DNA of 64,000 bases from NCBI RefSeq assembly GCF_902459465.1, contig NC_047062.1, forward strand, positions 9,362,001-9,426,000, in the 5' to 3' direction. The notes under the pieces are model-generated. The model searched no databases. It saw only the letters and a program-made list of their open reading frames with translations, and had not been told where the DNA came from. Origin of the DNA: Asterias rubens (lineage: Eukaryota). This document shows positions 1 through 10,400 of the stretch, one piece after another (within the stretch, counting starts at the first letter, position 1; every line of letters starts with the position of its first letter). A program made the translations under genes and the position numbers.

Positions 1-318
1 TGGGGAGAGGTTGTTAGTATAAAACATTGTGAGAAACTGCTCCCTCCGAAGTGTTTTCGAGAAAGAAGTAGTTTTCCACAAATTTGCTTTCAATACCTCA
101 GAATTAGATTTTGAGGTCTCAAAATCAAGCATCTAATTCTGAAAGCACACAACTTCAGGTGTCAAGGGTGTTTTTTCTTTCATTATTATCTCCCAACTTC
201 GACGACCAATTGGGCTCAAATTTTCACAGGTTTGTTATTATAATGTATGCATATGTTGAGATACACCAAGTGAGAAGACTGGTCTTTGATAATTACCAAG
301 CAGGTCCAGTGCCTTTAA
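1..318 (-). mobile_element. TTAA-flanked MITE family A (Kolobok-like), copy truncated by the window edge
   Basis: Ends ...aattaccaagcaggtccagtgcctttaa; same internal sequence as the 1574-1968 copy, in reverse orientation. Confidence 0.8.
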
Positions 319-584
319 CGCTTGGCAGTTCATGCGAATGCGAGGTGAATTTTGCTGGTGCTTTATTCAGTACGTACAATTTTCCACATGACAAAACAAG
401 TTTGTATCACTTTCGCGTGAAGTATGAACCGGGCTTTACTTTACCCTGTTTACGTAAGTGCTGTGTATTTACCTAGGTCCAAGCACAATACCTGACCAAC
501 CAGAGTAGCAACTGATGGGGCTAGCAAGAGCTAAACAAAATATTTTTAGAGTAACAATGTTTTTTTTTCTATATTTTTTTTCAG

Positions 585-3500
585 ACAGCATATTCTGGAG
601 CTGAGGAGTCCTAAGAAGTCCAAGACCTCAAAGTTCCTGCAGGATGCCCCACCAAGGGACCCTCTCCTGGTTGGAATTATTGGGTGTGGTCGGATGGGAC
701 TGCATCTTGCCAACGCTTTGTTGACATATGCCGATGTGCAACCCAAGGAGTTAGTAGTGTCAACACGACGGCCAGAAACACTTAGTAAGAAATCGTTGAA
801 AGTATGCTCTTTGTCATATATATTTCTGGTTTAAAGGGTTTGTATACCTTTTTCAGATCAAACCTTTGGCCATGACATGAATCCTTACTCAACCATGATT
901 GAAGATGTATGTAATATGATTTTTCTGTATAAGCTTCAGCTTCATTATTCAGCAAGTGTTTGAGGAAACAAAATGAAAATCACAAGCAATTCTTTTCAGG
1001 AGAGTCGTGACTCAAGTTCAAATTTTTGTGCATACAACTTTGTTTAGCCAGGGTTGATAAGTTTACGCCTTTTTTGATGTCAAATTAGTGTCAGCAAATT
1101 TAATTGTAAGGCGAAGCGGTATCAAAACTATTGCGTTTTGGTTTTCTTAAAACATGTTTTCATAATTTTTCATGTATCAATTTGTTAGCTTTTGTAATTT
1201 ATTGTATTGTATTATTGTAGGCGCCCTGGGCACTCTATCGATGGATGTGTGCACGCTTTTAAGTTTTGCTACTATTATATTATTATTTACTCATTTTATA
1301 CTTTCAAGGTAAGCTTAAAGAGAAAGGGGTCACCTGTATCTACAACAATGCTGAAGTGGCTACATCAGTCCATCTCCTCTTCCTGTGTGTGCTGCCCTCA
1401 CAGCTCCCTGGTGTCACAGAAGACATCAAGGGCATTATTCCATCCAGTTGCACAGTTTACACATTCCTCGGTTCAGTTCTAATCCCAAGATTAAGACAGG
1501 TACAAACCTAGCTAGGGGTCACCAGGGTGCAAAATTGAGTGGGGGATCCACCAGGGGTGGATTCCACAAAGAGTTAAAGGCAGTGGACACCATTGGTAAT
1601 TGTCAAAGACTAGCCTTCACAGTTGGTGTATCTCAACATATGCATAAAATTACAAACCTGTGAAAATTTTACCTCAATCGGTCATCGAAGTTGCGAGATA
1701 ATAATGAAAGAAAAATAACCCTTGTCACACGAAGTTGTGTGCGTTTAGATGGTTGATTTCGAGACCTTATCGGCTCAAGTTCTAAATCTGAGGTCTCAAA
1801 ATCAAATTCGTGGAAAATTACTTCTTTCGCGAAAACTATGGCACTTCAGAGGGAGCCATTTCTCACAATGTTTTATACCATCAACATCTCTCCATTACTC
1901 GTCACCAAGAAAGGTTTTGTGCTAATAATGATTTTGAGTAATCACCAATAGTGTCCACTGCCTTTTAACAGAATCCAACTATGTTCAAATGTTGACTCTG
2001 AAAAATACATTTGAATTGTACATTGAATCGCTTTTGACGTTTGAAATTAAATTTCTTGACTATGCGCAGGTGATCCAATGTAGCAGCATCATAAAGGCAG
2101 TGTACTCATGGAAGCTTGAGAACGCTGATGCAGAATGGAACTACAGCATGGAAGTCTGTACCACCCTAGAGAACCCACAACAGGTGCAAGTCACGTGTCC
2201 GCTAAACCCCAACAAAGAAGGTATTTTTTTTATGCCAGTTCGCCCCAATTAAGGCTAAAAAGCCACTCTAGGTAAAGGGGCTACAAGAATGATTTAACAT
2301 GAAAATAACTCCGGAGAGCTGGAGGCAGGAATTGATATTCCTCTTAAAACAGTCCAGATTGTATGGGGGGACATCCACCAGGCAAGGAGTTCCAAAGAGA
2401 TGCAGTACGTGGAATAAAGCTGTTGTACTGACTTTTTGTTCTACATCTCAACAAATCAAGAGTGTATGGCTGAGAAGAAGCAGAAAGTCTGGTTTCACGA
2501 AACTTCAATATTCAGCATAAGGAGATTCTGCCAGCCACTTATCTTGATTATTGTCATTGTTAAGTGTTCTTTTTCAGTATCTGCCCTTTTATCTGTTTAC
2601 GGTTCACTTTTTTAACTTTGTATTTAGGTCTTCTCTTTCTGTATGTAGTATGGTAAGGTTTAACCCTATTTAACATTGACAGGAAAATATTCTGAGTTTT
2701 TATCTTGAAACCCTCTTAGGCCTAGCTATGGTATTCCTTAAGAGGCCTAGACTAAATAATTACTAGAATTGGGCCATCATTATTTAGCAAATCATTCCAC
2801 CCGATCCACAGGATTGCATCACAACAAGTTGGTTGATTGAACCTTTCAATCATCTTTCCCTCTATATTAATAGATGCAATTCTAAGCACGGATGACAAGT
2901 GGTGTGAGATGATCCTGTATTCCTTCGTAAACCTCTGCATTCGTATGGGTCTGAGCAAGGAGGAGACCATTGAAACATTGAACTTCATCGTCCTCGGACA
3001 GGGTGTGTCCAGGGAGTACACCAGTAAATTTGTACCGGAGGATTTCACAAAGAGAAAAGAGTAAGTACAAAGTTACCTGGCTTTTATACTCATGTAAGGA
3101 GCCAAAGTGGCGCCCTCAGTGTTCAAATGAGTACTCCCAACTTTCGTAATTAACGTATTTACAATAACAAGTTCACTTTGGGGTCATGACCTTTTAGCTC
3201 ACTCCGTTTCCCATTTCAAGCTTTATCAGTATTTCTCTCCATTTTAAACAGAGCACTGTCCTCCTTCCCTTGTGTCTTAACACTAAAATTAGGCAAAAGT
3301 CAATTAAGAGGTTCTTGATCACCAATTCATAAAAGTTACACAAATTGAAATGTTAATATTGTTTTTTACAAACCATTTGTATGTCGTTGGTGCAAGATGT
3401 AGTAACTTAATTGTTGATTTTGGTCATTATTGGTCAATATCCTTGGTCAAGGTATTACATGTTTTGTTACACCACAGTAATAGATTTTGAATTTTATTGG

Positions 3501-4877
3501 CCCATAGCCAATCATCGGATGTGCTACAAAGAAGCAACTTGGCTCAGGGAAACATGAGTGGTATACCCTATAGGGTTCTTTGATGTGCCCACTGTTGGTT
3601 GTTTCCACTGCCTCGTGCAATATTATAAATTTTCCTTTGATATTTCGATAATACTCAAAAACACAAAATCTTTTGAACATCGCAATCGTCGATGTCACTG
3701 GTTTCAATCATATCAAAATATTGAAAATTTTGATATATCAATTTTTTTTTATATTATAGAAAACCTTGGCTGTTTTTTTACTTTTCCAATTTCATCGTAA
3801 CAATGTTGGAAGATGAGAACAGATCGCCTTTAATCTATTACCATGGTATAACAAAACAATTAATGAATGCTATGATTAGTATCCAGGGGTTTGTTCATGC
3901 TCAGGCCAATTGTCACCTTCAGGTTCTTCACCTTGGAGGTCATTTGCCTTGGGCCAGGACCCCACCCCCCTCAGTTTAAGAAAACACTATAGACCCAATC
4001 ACTACTTGCAATAATTGTGTCTTTGGACTCAATCACTTAATGTACAAAAAACTACCTGATTGTAGTCACATTGATTTTTTTAGGGGGAGAAGTAGGTTGC
4101 CAGGGAAATTTTAGAGTCATGAAATTTGCTTCTTTAAGCTGTCCTGTTCTTTAATCTTTTCATTGAGTCATTTCATCTTCACTTTTTGGTATTTTGTATA
4201 GTGTATTTAATTGTTTATGTTTCAGCACATAGAAACCCTGTATTAAAGACCTGGACACTATTGGTAATTGTCAAAGACCAGTCTTCTCACTTGGTGTATC
4301 TCAACATATGCATAAAATAACAAATCTGTGAAAATTTGAGCTCAATTGGTCGTCGAAGTTGCGAGATATTAATGAAAGAAAAAACACCCTTGTCACACGA
4401 AGTAGTGCGCTTTCAGATGCTTGATTTCGAGACCTCAAAATCTAAATCCGAGGTCTCAAAATCAAAGTCATGGAAAACTACTTCTTTCACGAAAACTACT
4501 CCACTTCAGAGGGAGCCGTTTCTCACAATGTTTTATACTATCAACAGCTCCCTATTACTTGTTACCAAGTAAGGTTTATGCTAAAAAATATTTTGAGTAA
4601 TCACCAATAGTGTCCACTGCCTTAAAGCGCTATATATATGCATATTGTTATGGCCGAGTACCTTCACCTAACTGTTATTATTGTGGTATTCTCTTACAGT
4701 ATCTTCCCGATTTTCGACATGGCAGCAGTGGCCAGCAACCCCACACCACTCACCCAGACCATCATGGAGGACTCAGAGATTCGCAAGCAATTTGTCAAGA
4801 AGTACATGAGCATCTTTGACAAATTCTACTACTGGAAAGGCATCAAACAAGTTAAGAAGAAACCAGATAAGGAATGA
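585..4877 (+). CDS. NOXRED1: NADP-dependent oxidoreductase domain-containing protein 1 (P5CR-like), 3' five exons; 5' end lies upstream of the window or was not found
   Basis: Exons 585-784, 1309-1499, 2070-2220, 2874-3060 and 4700-4877, all with AG/GT boundaries and consistent phases (1,0,1,2). Translation includes the Rossmann motif VGIIGCGRMG, then VVSTRRPETL, LLFLCVLPSQLP, VTCPLNP, KWCEMILYSFVNLC, FPIFDMAAV and stop TGA. These are colinear with vertebrate NOXRED1 motifs as I recall them (STRRPETL, FLCCLPSQLP, PFPWFDL). Confidence 0.9.
1574..1968 (+). mobile_element. TTAA-flanked MITE family A, full copy (about 390 bp)
   Basis: Terminal inverted repeats TTAAAGGCAGTGGACAC(C/T)ATTGGTAATT ... 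AATAGTGTCCACTGCCTTTTAA. Non-coding; many near-identical copies in the window. Confidence 0.85.
2224..2520 (-). mobile_element. 5'-truncated LINE 3' end (CR1/Jockey-group ORF2 C-terminus plus 3' UTR)
   Basis: Minus strand reads KFRETRLSASSQPY...CRTKSQYNSFIPRTASLWNSLP, the typical RT C-terminal SFxPRTxxLWNSLP motif. It ends in an A8 tail at 2224-2231. Homologous to 46570-47850. Confidence 0.8.
4243..4625 (+). mobile_element. MITE family A, full copy
   Basis: Same TIRs and interior as 1574-1968; lies in the last NOXRED1 intron. Confidence 0.85.
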
Positions 4878-4952
4878 ACAATCAGAATTGATTTTCTTTC
4901 TTCAATGTCTTCTGTTTAAAACTGTGTATAAAGTTGTACATAGTTTGGACTC

Positions 4953-5343
4953 TTAAAAAGACACTGGAGACACTATTGGTAATTGTCAAAGACCAGTCTT
5001 CTCACTTGGTGTATCTCAACATATATGCATAAAATAACAAACCTGTGAAATTTGAGCTCAATCGTTCGTCGAAATTGCAAGATTATTATGAAGGAAAATA
5101 CACCCCTGTCACACGAAGTTGTGTGCTTTCAAATGCTTGATTTCAAGACCTCAAATTCTAAATCTAAGGTCTCGAAATCAAATTTGTTGAAAATTACTTC
5201 TTTCTCGAAAATTACGTTACTTCAGAGGAAGCCGTCTCTCACAATGTTTTATACTATCAACCTCTTCCCATTACTCGTCACCAAGTAAGTTTTTATGCTA
5301 ACAATTATTTTGAGTATCTACCAATAGTGTCCACTGCCTTTAA
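4953..5343 (+). mobile_element. MITE family A, full copy
   Basis: Same TIRs and interior; starts about 75 nt after the NOXRED1 stop codon. Confidence 0.85.
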
Positions 5344-6654
5344 CAAACTACATTTTTAATTTTGAAAAGCATTTTGAGCTGTTCAATTCTAAAGTTGATG
5401 AAGCTCCATGTGAACCAAGACTATTGTGCCAGGATGAGAAACTTCAGACTCTTTCAAGTCTTCCTCATAAACAAAAAATGATGTATTTTCCCCCAGATTG
5501 AATAATGTATGCTGTTTGAGCTACCTTTTTAGCACCTGGGATACTGTTTCGAAAAGCTCATTGGAAGCTATAACCAAACGCTGGAAATCGCTTCTTTTGT
5601 TTTTGCAGCAGTGACCCAACCCCTTATTTTAGATTATGCAAATAACTGGTCATTATATCGAAATTTTGCTCGTTAAAAGTTGCAGGGAGCAATACAAAAC
5701 AAAAGGGGTTTCTGTGCTTTGTTGGCCTGTTAAATTGCCGCTTTTTAAAACGTTTTCTAAAACCTTTAATTCACAAACACGTTGGGGAGTTATGTATTGA
5801 GATGCAAGAATACCAAACACAACATCCAAGTACACAGGAATTTTGAAAATTACTATGGTAAAAATACAAATCAAATTGGCAGAGATGTTTTCAATAATCA
5901 AAGTATAAGGCTCATCTTCAAGTAAGATTTGGAGGAGACACTGTGTAATAATCTCTTTATGAACTTTGACGCTTCAAAGGTAAACTACATATATAATGTA
6001 AACAAAAATGTACAAAATACAATTTATTTATTTTATATCAGCGAGTGGTTATATTGTTTTTATTTTACAAAGCCTTCTTGGTGTTTTGACAAACCATAGA
6101 GCAAGGGTCAGTAAAACTGCAATAATGTTGTTATTTTGTAAAAAGCGGGATTATTGTTTTTGCGAAATTTTAACATTAGACAACTATTTCCTATTACTTT
6201 ATTCGCCGCCTGGTGAGGGTGTAGTTTCAAGCAAGTGTTATTCAGTTTACAAAAACCCAAAGGCAAAGTCCAATTGTGGACACTGGTTTTCTTAAAGAAA
6301 CTTAAAACAGTTGCAGGTTTACCGTTTCCAAAACGAAACGGCTACACTGTTTTAAGGGCAAATCAGCAAGTACAAATTCGAACGCGCGACTTAAAATTCT
6401 ACCTCTACCTGAACTGACCATGGAGCTATCTGACCTACTCTGACCGGGACGATTTTAATTTGGAGCGAGAGAGGGGGGCACTTCCAGTTCCACGACATGT
6501 CTACATTATATAATGACTGGACATCGAATTGAAGGGAGCCAGTTTACGTCGTAGAGGTTGGACAACTAAATAAACAACACATACATTGAGGTGCAAACGA
6601 ACTTTTAGAGACCATCCCTGAACGAGCCCGAATAATGTAAGAAGTAACTATAAA

Positions 6655-6772
6655 TACTTATAGTAAACTTGCGGGTACAACCATTTGTAAAATCTCTTTT
6701 GAGGGAGTGTTGGCTCTGAAAAGAGACGATGTGGTTTCGAACATGATACTCTGCTCGTCTTCAGGAGAGAAT
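6655..6772 (-). mobile_element. Penelope-type terminal repeat remnant with hammerhead-like core
   Basis: Minus strand: TCTC CTGAAGA CGAGCAGAGTATCATGTTC GAAAC. The adjoining sequence is homologous to 28958-29090 and 30539-30620. Confidence 0.5.
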
Positions 6773-7051
6773 AATGTAGTTGGGAACGTGATTGATCTCA
6801 CGTAATACAATAGGGTAAGCATCAGTAATTGTGGCAAAGTAAATTTCGTTCAAACAAATTTAATTGTGCAGTTTACAATCAACCTGCTTCACGCGATTTG
6901 AAGAAGAAGAGGGAATGGTAGCTTCAGAACTGTTCTTCAGAAATAATCCTTGAGAATGCTGCCTCTAAAATGTATTGTCTGATGTGATGTGGTCCCTTAA
7001 GCTCATGCTGCGTGGTCCTCTCTCTTTTTGTTTCGTGGTGTCGACTGTCTT

Positions 7052-7396
7052 CACTCTAAAAACTAAAGAGTTGCATCCAACACTAGCATGAGTTCGGTAA
7101 GTGACTACACTTTTGAATGTGTTGAATCCAGCGTTTTGTTCGTTAAATCTAGCATTTTAAGTTTGTGATCCAACGTAAAAAGGGTTAATTCAACAGTTAA
7201 AGTGTTATTTCAACATTTCTCAAAAATATTCCTTGGGATTGTTGGATCAGCTTTTTAAACGTAGAAACTGTAACTTAAATTGTTGACTGAATACTTTCAA
7301 ATGCTGGATTTAACGTATACAATGCTGGTTTCAACACATTCAAAGTGTAGTCGCTCACCGAACTCGTGCAAGTGTTGGATTCAACTCTTTAGAGTG
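7052..7396. mobile_element. CACTA/EnSpm-like MITE
   Basis: TIRs CACTCTAAA...GAGTTGCATCCAACACTAGCATGAGTTCGG / CCGAACTCGTGCAAGTGTTGGATTCAACTCTTTAGAGTG, with TT on both sides (2-bp TSD). Confidence 0.65.
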
Positions 7397-7405
7397 TTGT
7401 GTTGT

Positions 7406-10400
7406 CTACTTGGGGGTTGGGTGGTTATTAAGAATGGTGCCTCCTGCGATGGCAAATACCAAGATGAAGACAACGAAACACATCACGTCGATAAACCTTG
7501 CGATTTTCAGCATGGTCTGTAATATACGAAATATAAAAAAGGTCGAGTTGTTAAGACACTTTTATTACAAAAACACAAGAAGCAAAATCGAGAAGGTAAA
7601 AATGGTACCCGGTTACTCCTTTAAATATGAGGTTTGTTCCGTTATCGTCTCCAGCAGACGATAGCGGAAGGAGAAGAAAGCGGAACGAACCTCATTGGTC
7701 TATGCAGTTTTCAGAAGTATAAAAGGTTTTGAGAAAATATTGTAAAAAACCAAAGAGCAAGGGATAAAATCACATACCGTCTTCGATGAGTCGACAGTCC
7801 GCACCCCGCCGTCTTTAGCGTCGACACCAAACCCACGGGCTAGATTAAGAGAAGCCACACTCACGACAGTTGCAAAGAATGCCATGAAGACGCTGAAGCA
7901 GAAGAACACACCCAAGAAAGGGGTGCCTCCGCCCACCATGGGCACAGATAGGTTGAAAGAAACCATCTGAATAATGGTAGCGACGAGCAGTACTGAGCAG
8001 ACTACCGATCTCTCTCCACAAGAGGGCGGTATCAGAAAACAGAACAAGACCAATAGTGACGTCAGGACTGCTGGTGCCAGCACTCGCACAGCAAACCCAT
8101 TTGGTTTGCGCGAGAGGTTGATGCTGTAGTTGATAGTCTCGTACACCTCTTCACAGCAAGCATATTTAATCTCTTTCCTAACGGCATTGAACGAATTTGT
8201 CCGCCAGAGCGCGTTCATCTCATAGGCGTTCAAATCGGCACCCGATCTGATTTCCGAAATGTACAAGTTGATATCCTCCGTACTGTAGCCTAAGTCTTCA
8301 ACTTTGAACTTACACGACGGTGAATCGTAGGGATAATTGGCCAAATCGGGTGTACACGACAGTGCCAGGCGTAGCAGCTTGGTTTGGTGAACTTTGCCAT
8401 CGCTCATTGTGCCAATCTGGACGGTTTCATCATCCAATATTCTGAAAAATGAATGGTAAAACCAAAGAGTTAGCATGAAAGGGTGCTTTGGAAACAAGTC
8501 GTCGTGTCTTTGTCCTTTTAATCAAAGCGGTTCAAAGCGATTAATCCTATCTCGAGTTAGGGCGAGTAATTCGTCTCGACTTAAGAAGGATTCAATACTT
8601 CCTAACGTCTATGGTTACGAAACTTAACTCGCTCGTCCATAAGTCCTAAGATTAATCCTAAGCCATGTCCGACTAAAACGGCAACTTCGGCTACTGCTAA
8701 TAATCAGCGCGTTTGTCAGTGTGCGATCCTGGCCATAGCTGTTAGCCGATTTCGCCGTTTCGGACACGGCCTAATGTAGGAAGAGTTTTGTGAAATCGAC
8801 GGCTGGTCAAGATCGTGTAAACAATACTATGTCATATAATGTCTTACTTTAAATCGGGCTTGACGTTGGGCGTCCATACATGGTCAGGGCTCAGTGGGAT
8901 ATGTGGAACTCCGTTGAAGGAGGCGGGGTCCCAGACTAGACGGCTATCAGACCACTCCTGCAAAAACGATACCAAAACCCGATTCCAAGTTTTTTTAACA
9001 AACGTGAACTGGATGCACGAAACACGGCGTGCGTTATTAAAGGCGACAATGTTAGTAATGTGCGATAATGTGTACAGGCTTACGAAATGTTTCTTTTTCC
9101 TGTTGTTGCAATAAATTAACTGCGAAACGTTGTGAAACAGCTACTTGAGCGGAATGTTTTTTAACGGAAATGCTATTTTAACTTGTTTACTATACGTTTG
9201 TTCACTATTTAAATTTAATTTGATATTTGTACACTTCTGATTTGTTCGTAATTCTCGATTAAAAAATCAGGCTCCAACCTCAAGGTTTTGAAAAACTAAA
9301 AACACTTTTGCCGTTGACGGCGCGCGTCAAAATGATAATGCTTTGACGTCATGCTTGGGAGTTTGTTTTGTTATACCTCCACGCTGCAATAAAGCGGCTA
9401 TACAAATTGGAGCTCCCAACTATGACGTGCCATTAGTGATTACGTAACAGAGCTTTTTGCGAATCTTTCAGAAAATCGCTGGATAAGGGTAGTCGAAATG
9501 ATCAGGTATTTTTTAAACACAATTCCAGTTATGGGTCATTCCATGTCGGACCAACACACCTTTTAACCTCATGTCTTCCGATTTTGATAAAAATTGCTGT
9601 GCTTGTAGGTCCTAATGAGCAATGAATGCACACCAATTTTTAGCCCGATCCGACTTACCATGTGGTCAGGGCAGAAACCACTAAAATCTGACATTGTTAG
9701 GGTAAAATACCACCTTTTTGGTAAAAATATGTCATAACCATGTCAATTTTTATCACATTATATGCAAATTTGGTATCAAAATGATGAAAATTGCATACTT
9801 AAATCAATTCTTTTGTTGAAAATAAATTTTCAGAAATGTAGGTTACTGTAATCTTTAATATGTTATCGTGACCTTTGACCCAGTTTTTGAAATAATGTAT
9901 CATTCCAAAAATCAACGAAATAAAAATCACTTGATAGAGCATGTCTTCTTCTATCAGAATCCACTAAGAAACAGTTGGGCTCTTCAAAATTTACAACTTT
10001 ATGACTATTTTTGTACAAGTCACTGTGATCTTTAATATGTTATCGTGACCTTTGACCCAATTTGTGAAATAACGCATCATTCTAAAAATCAACGAAATGA
10101 AAATCACTTGATATAGCATGTCGTCCTCCATCAGAATCCACTAAGAAACAGTTGGGCTCTTCAAAATTTACAACTTTATGACTATTTTTGTACAAGTCAC
10201 TGTGATCTTTAATATGTTATCGTGACCTTTGACCCAATTTTTGAAATAACGCATCATTCCAAAAATCAACGAAATGAAAATCACTTGATATAGCATGTCG
10301 TCCTCTATCAGAATCCACTAAGAAACAACTGGGCTCTTCAAATTTTACAACTTTAAGACTATTTTTGTATAGTTGTTAGGTTACAAATTAGTCAATTTAT

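Noticed and set aside
4336-5288. 60-120 aa ORFs such as MKEKTPLSHEVVRFQMLDF (also at 111, 37211, 37237, 51832, 56698, 58755)
   Set aside because: They are chance frames in copies of the non-coding MITE family A, with different starts, stops and frames in each copy.
8839-9114. Plus-strand 91-aa ORF (likewise 2752-3048 and 20379-20561)
   Set aside because: These are opposite-strand shadows of genuine exons.
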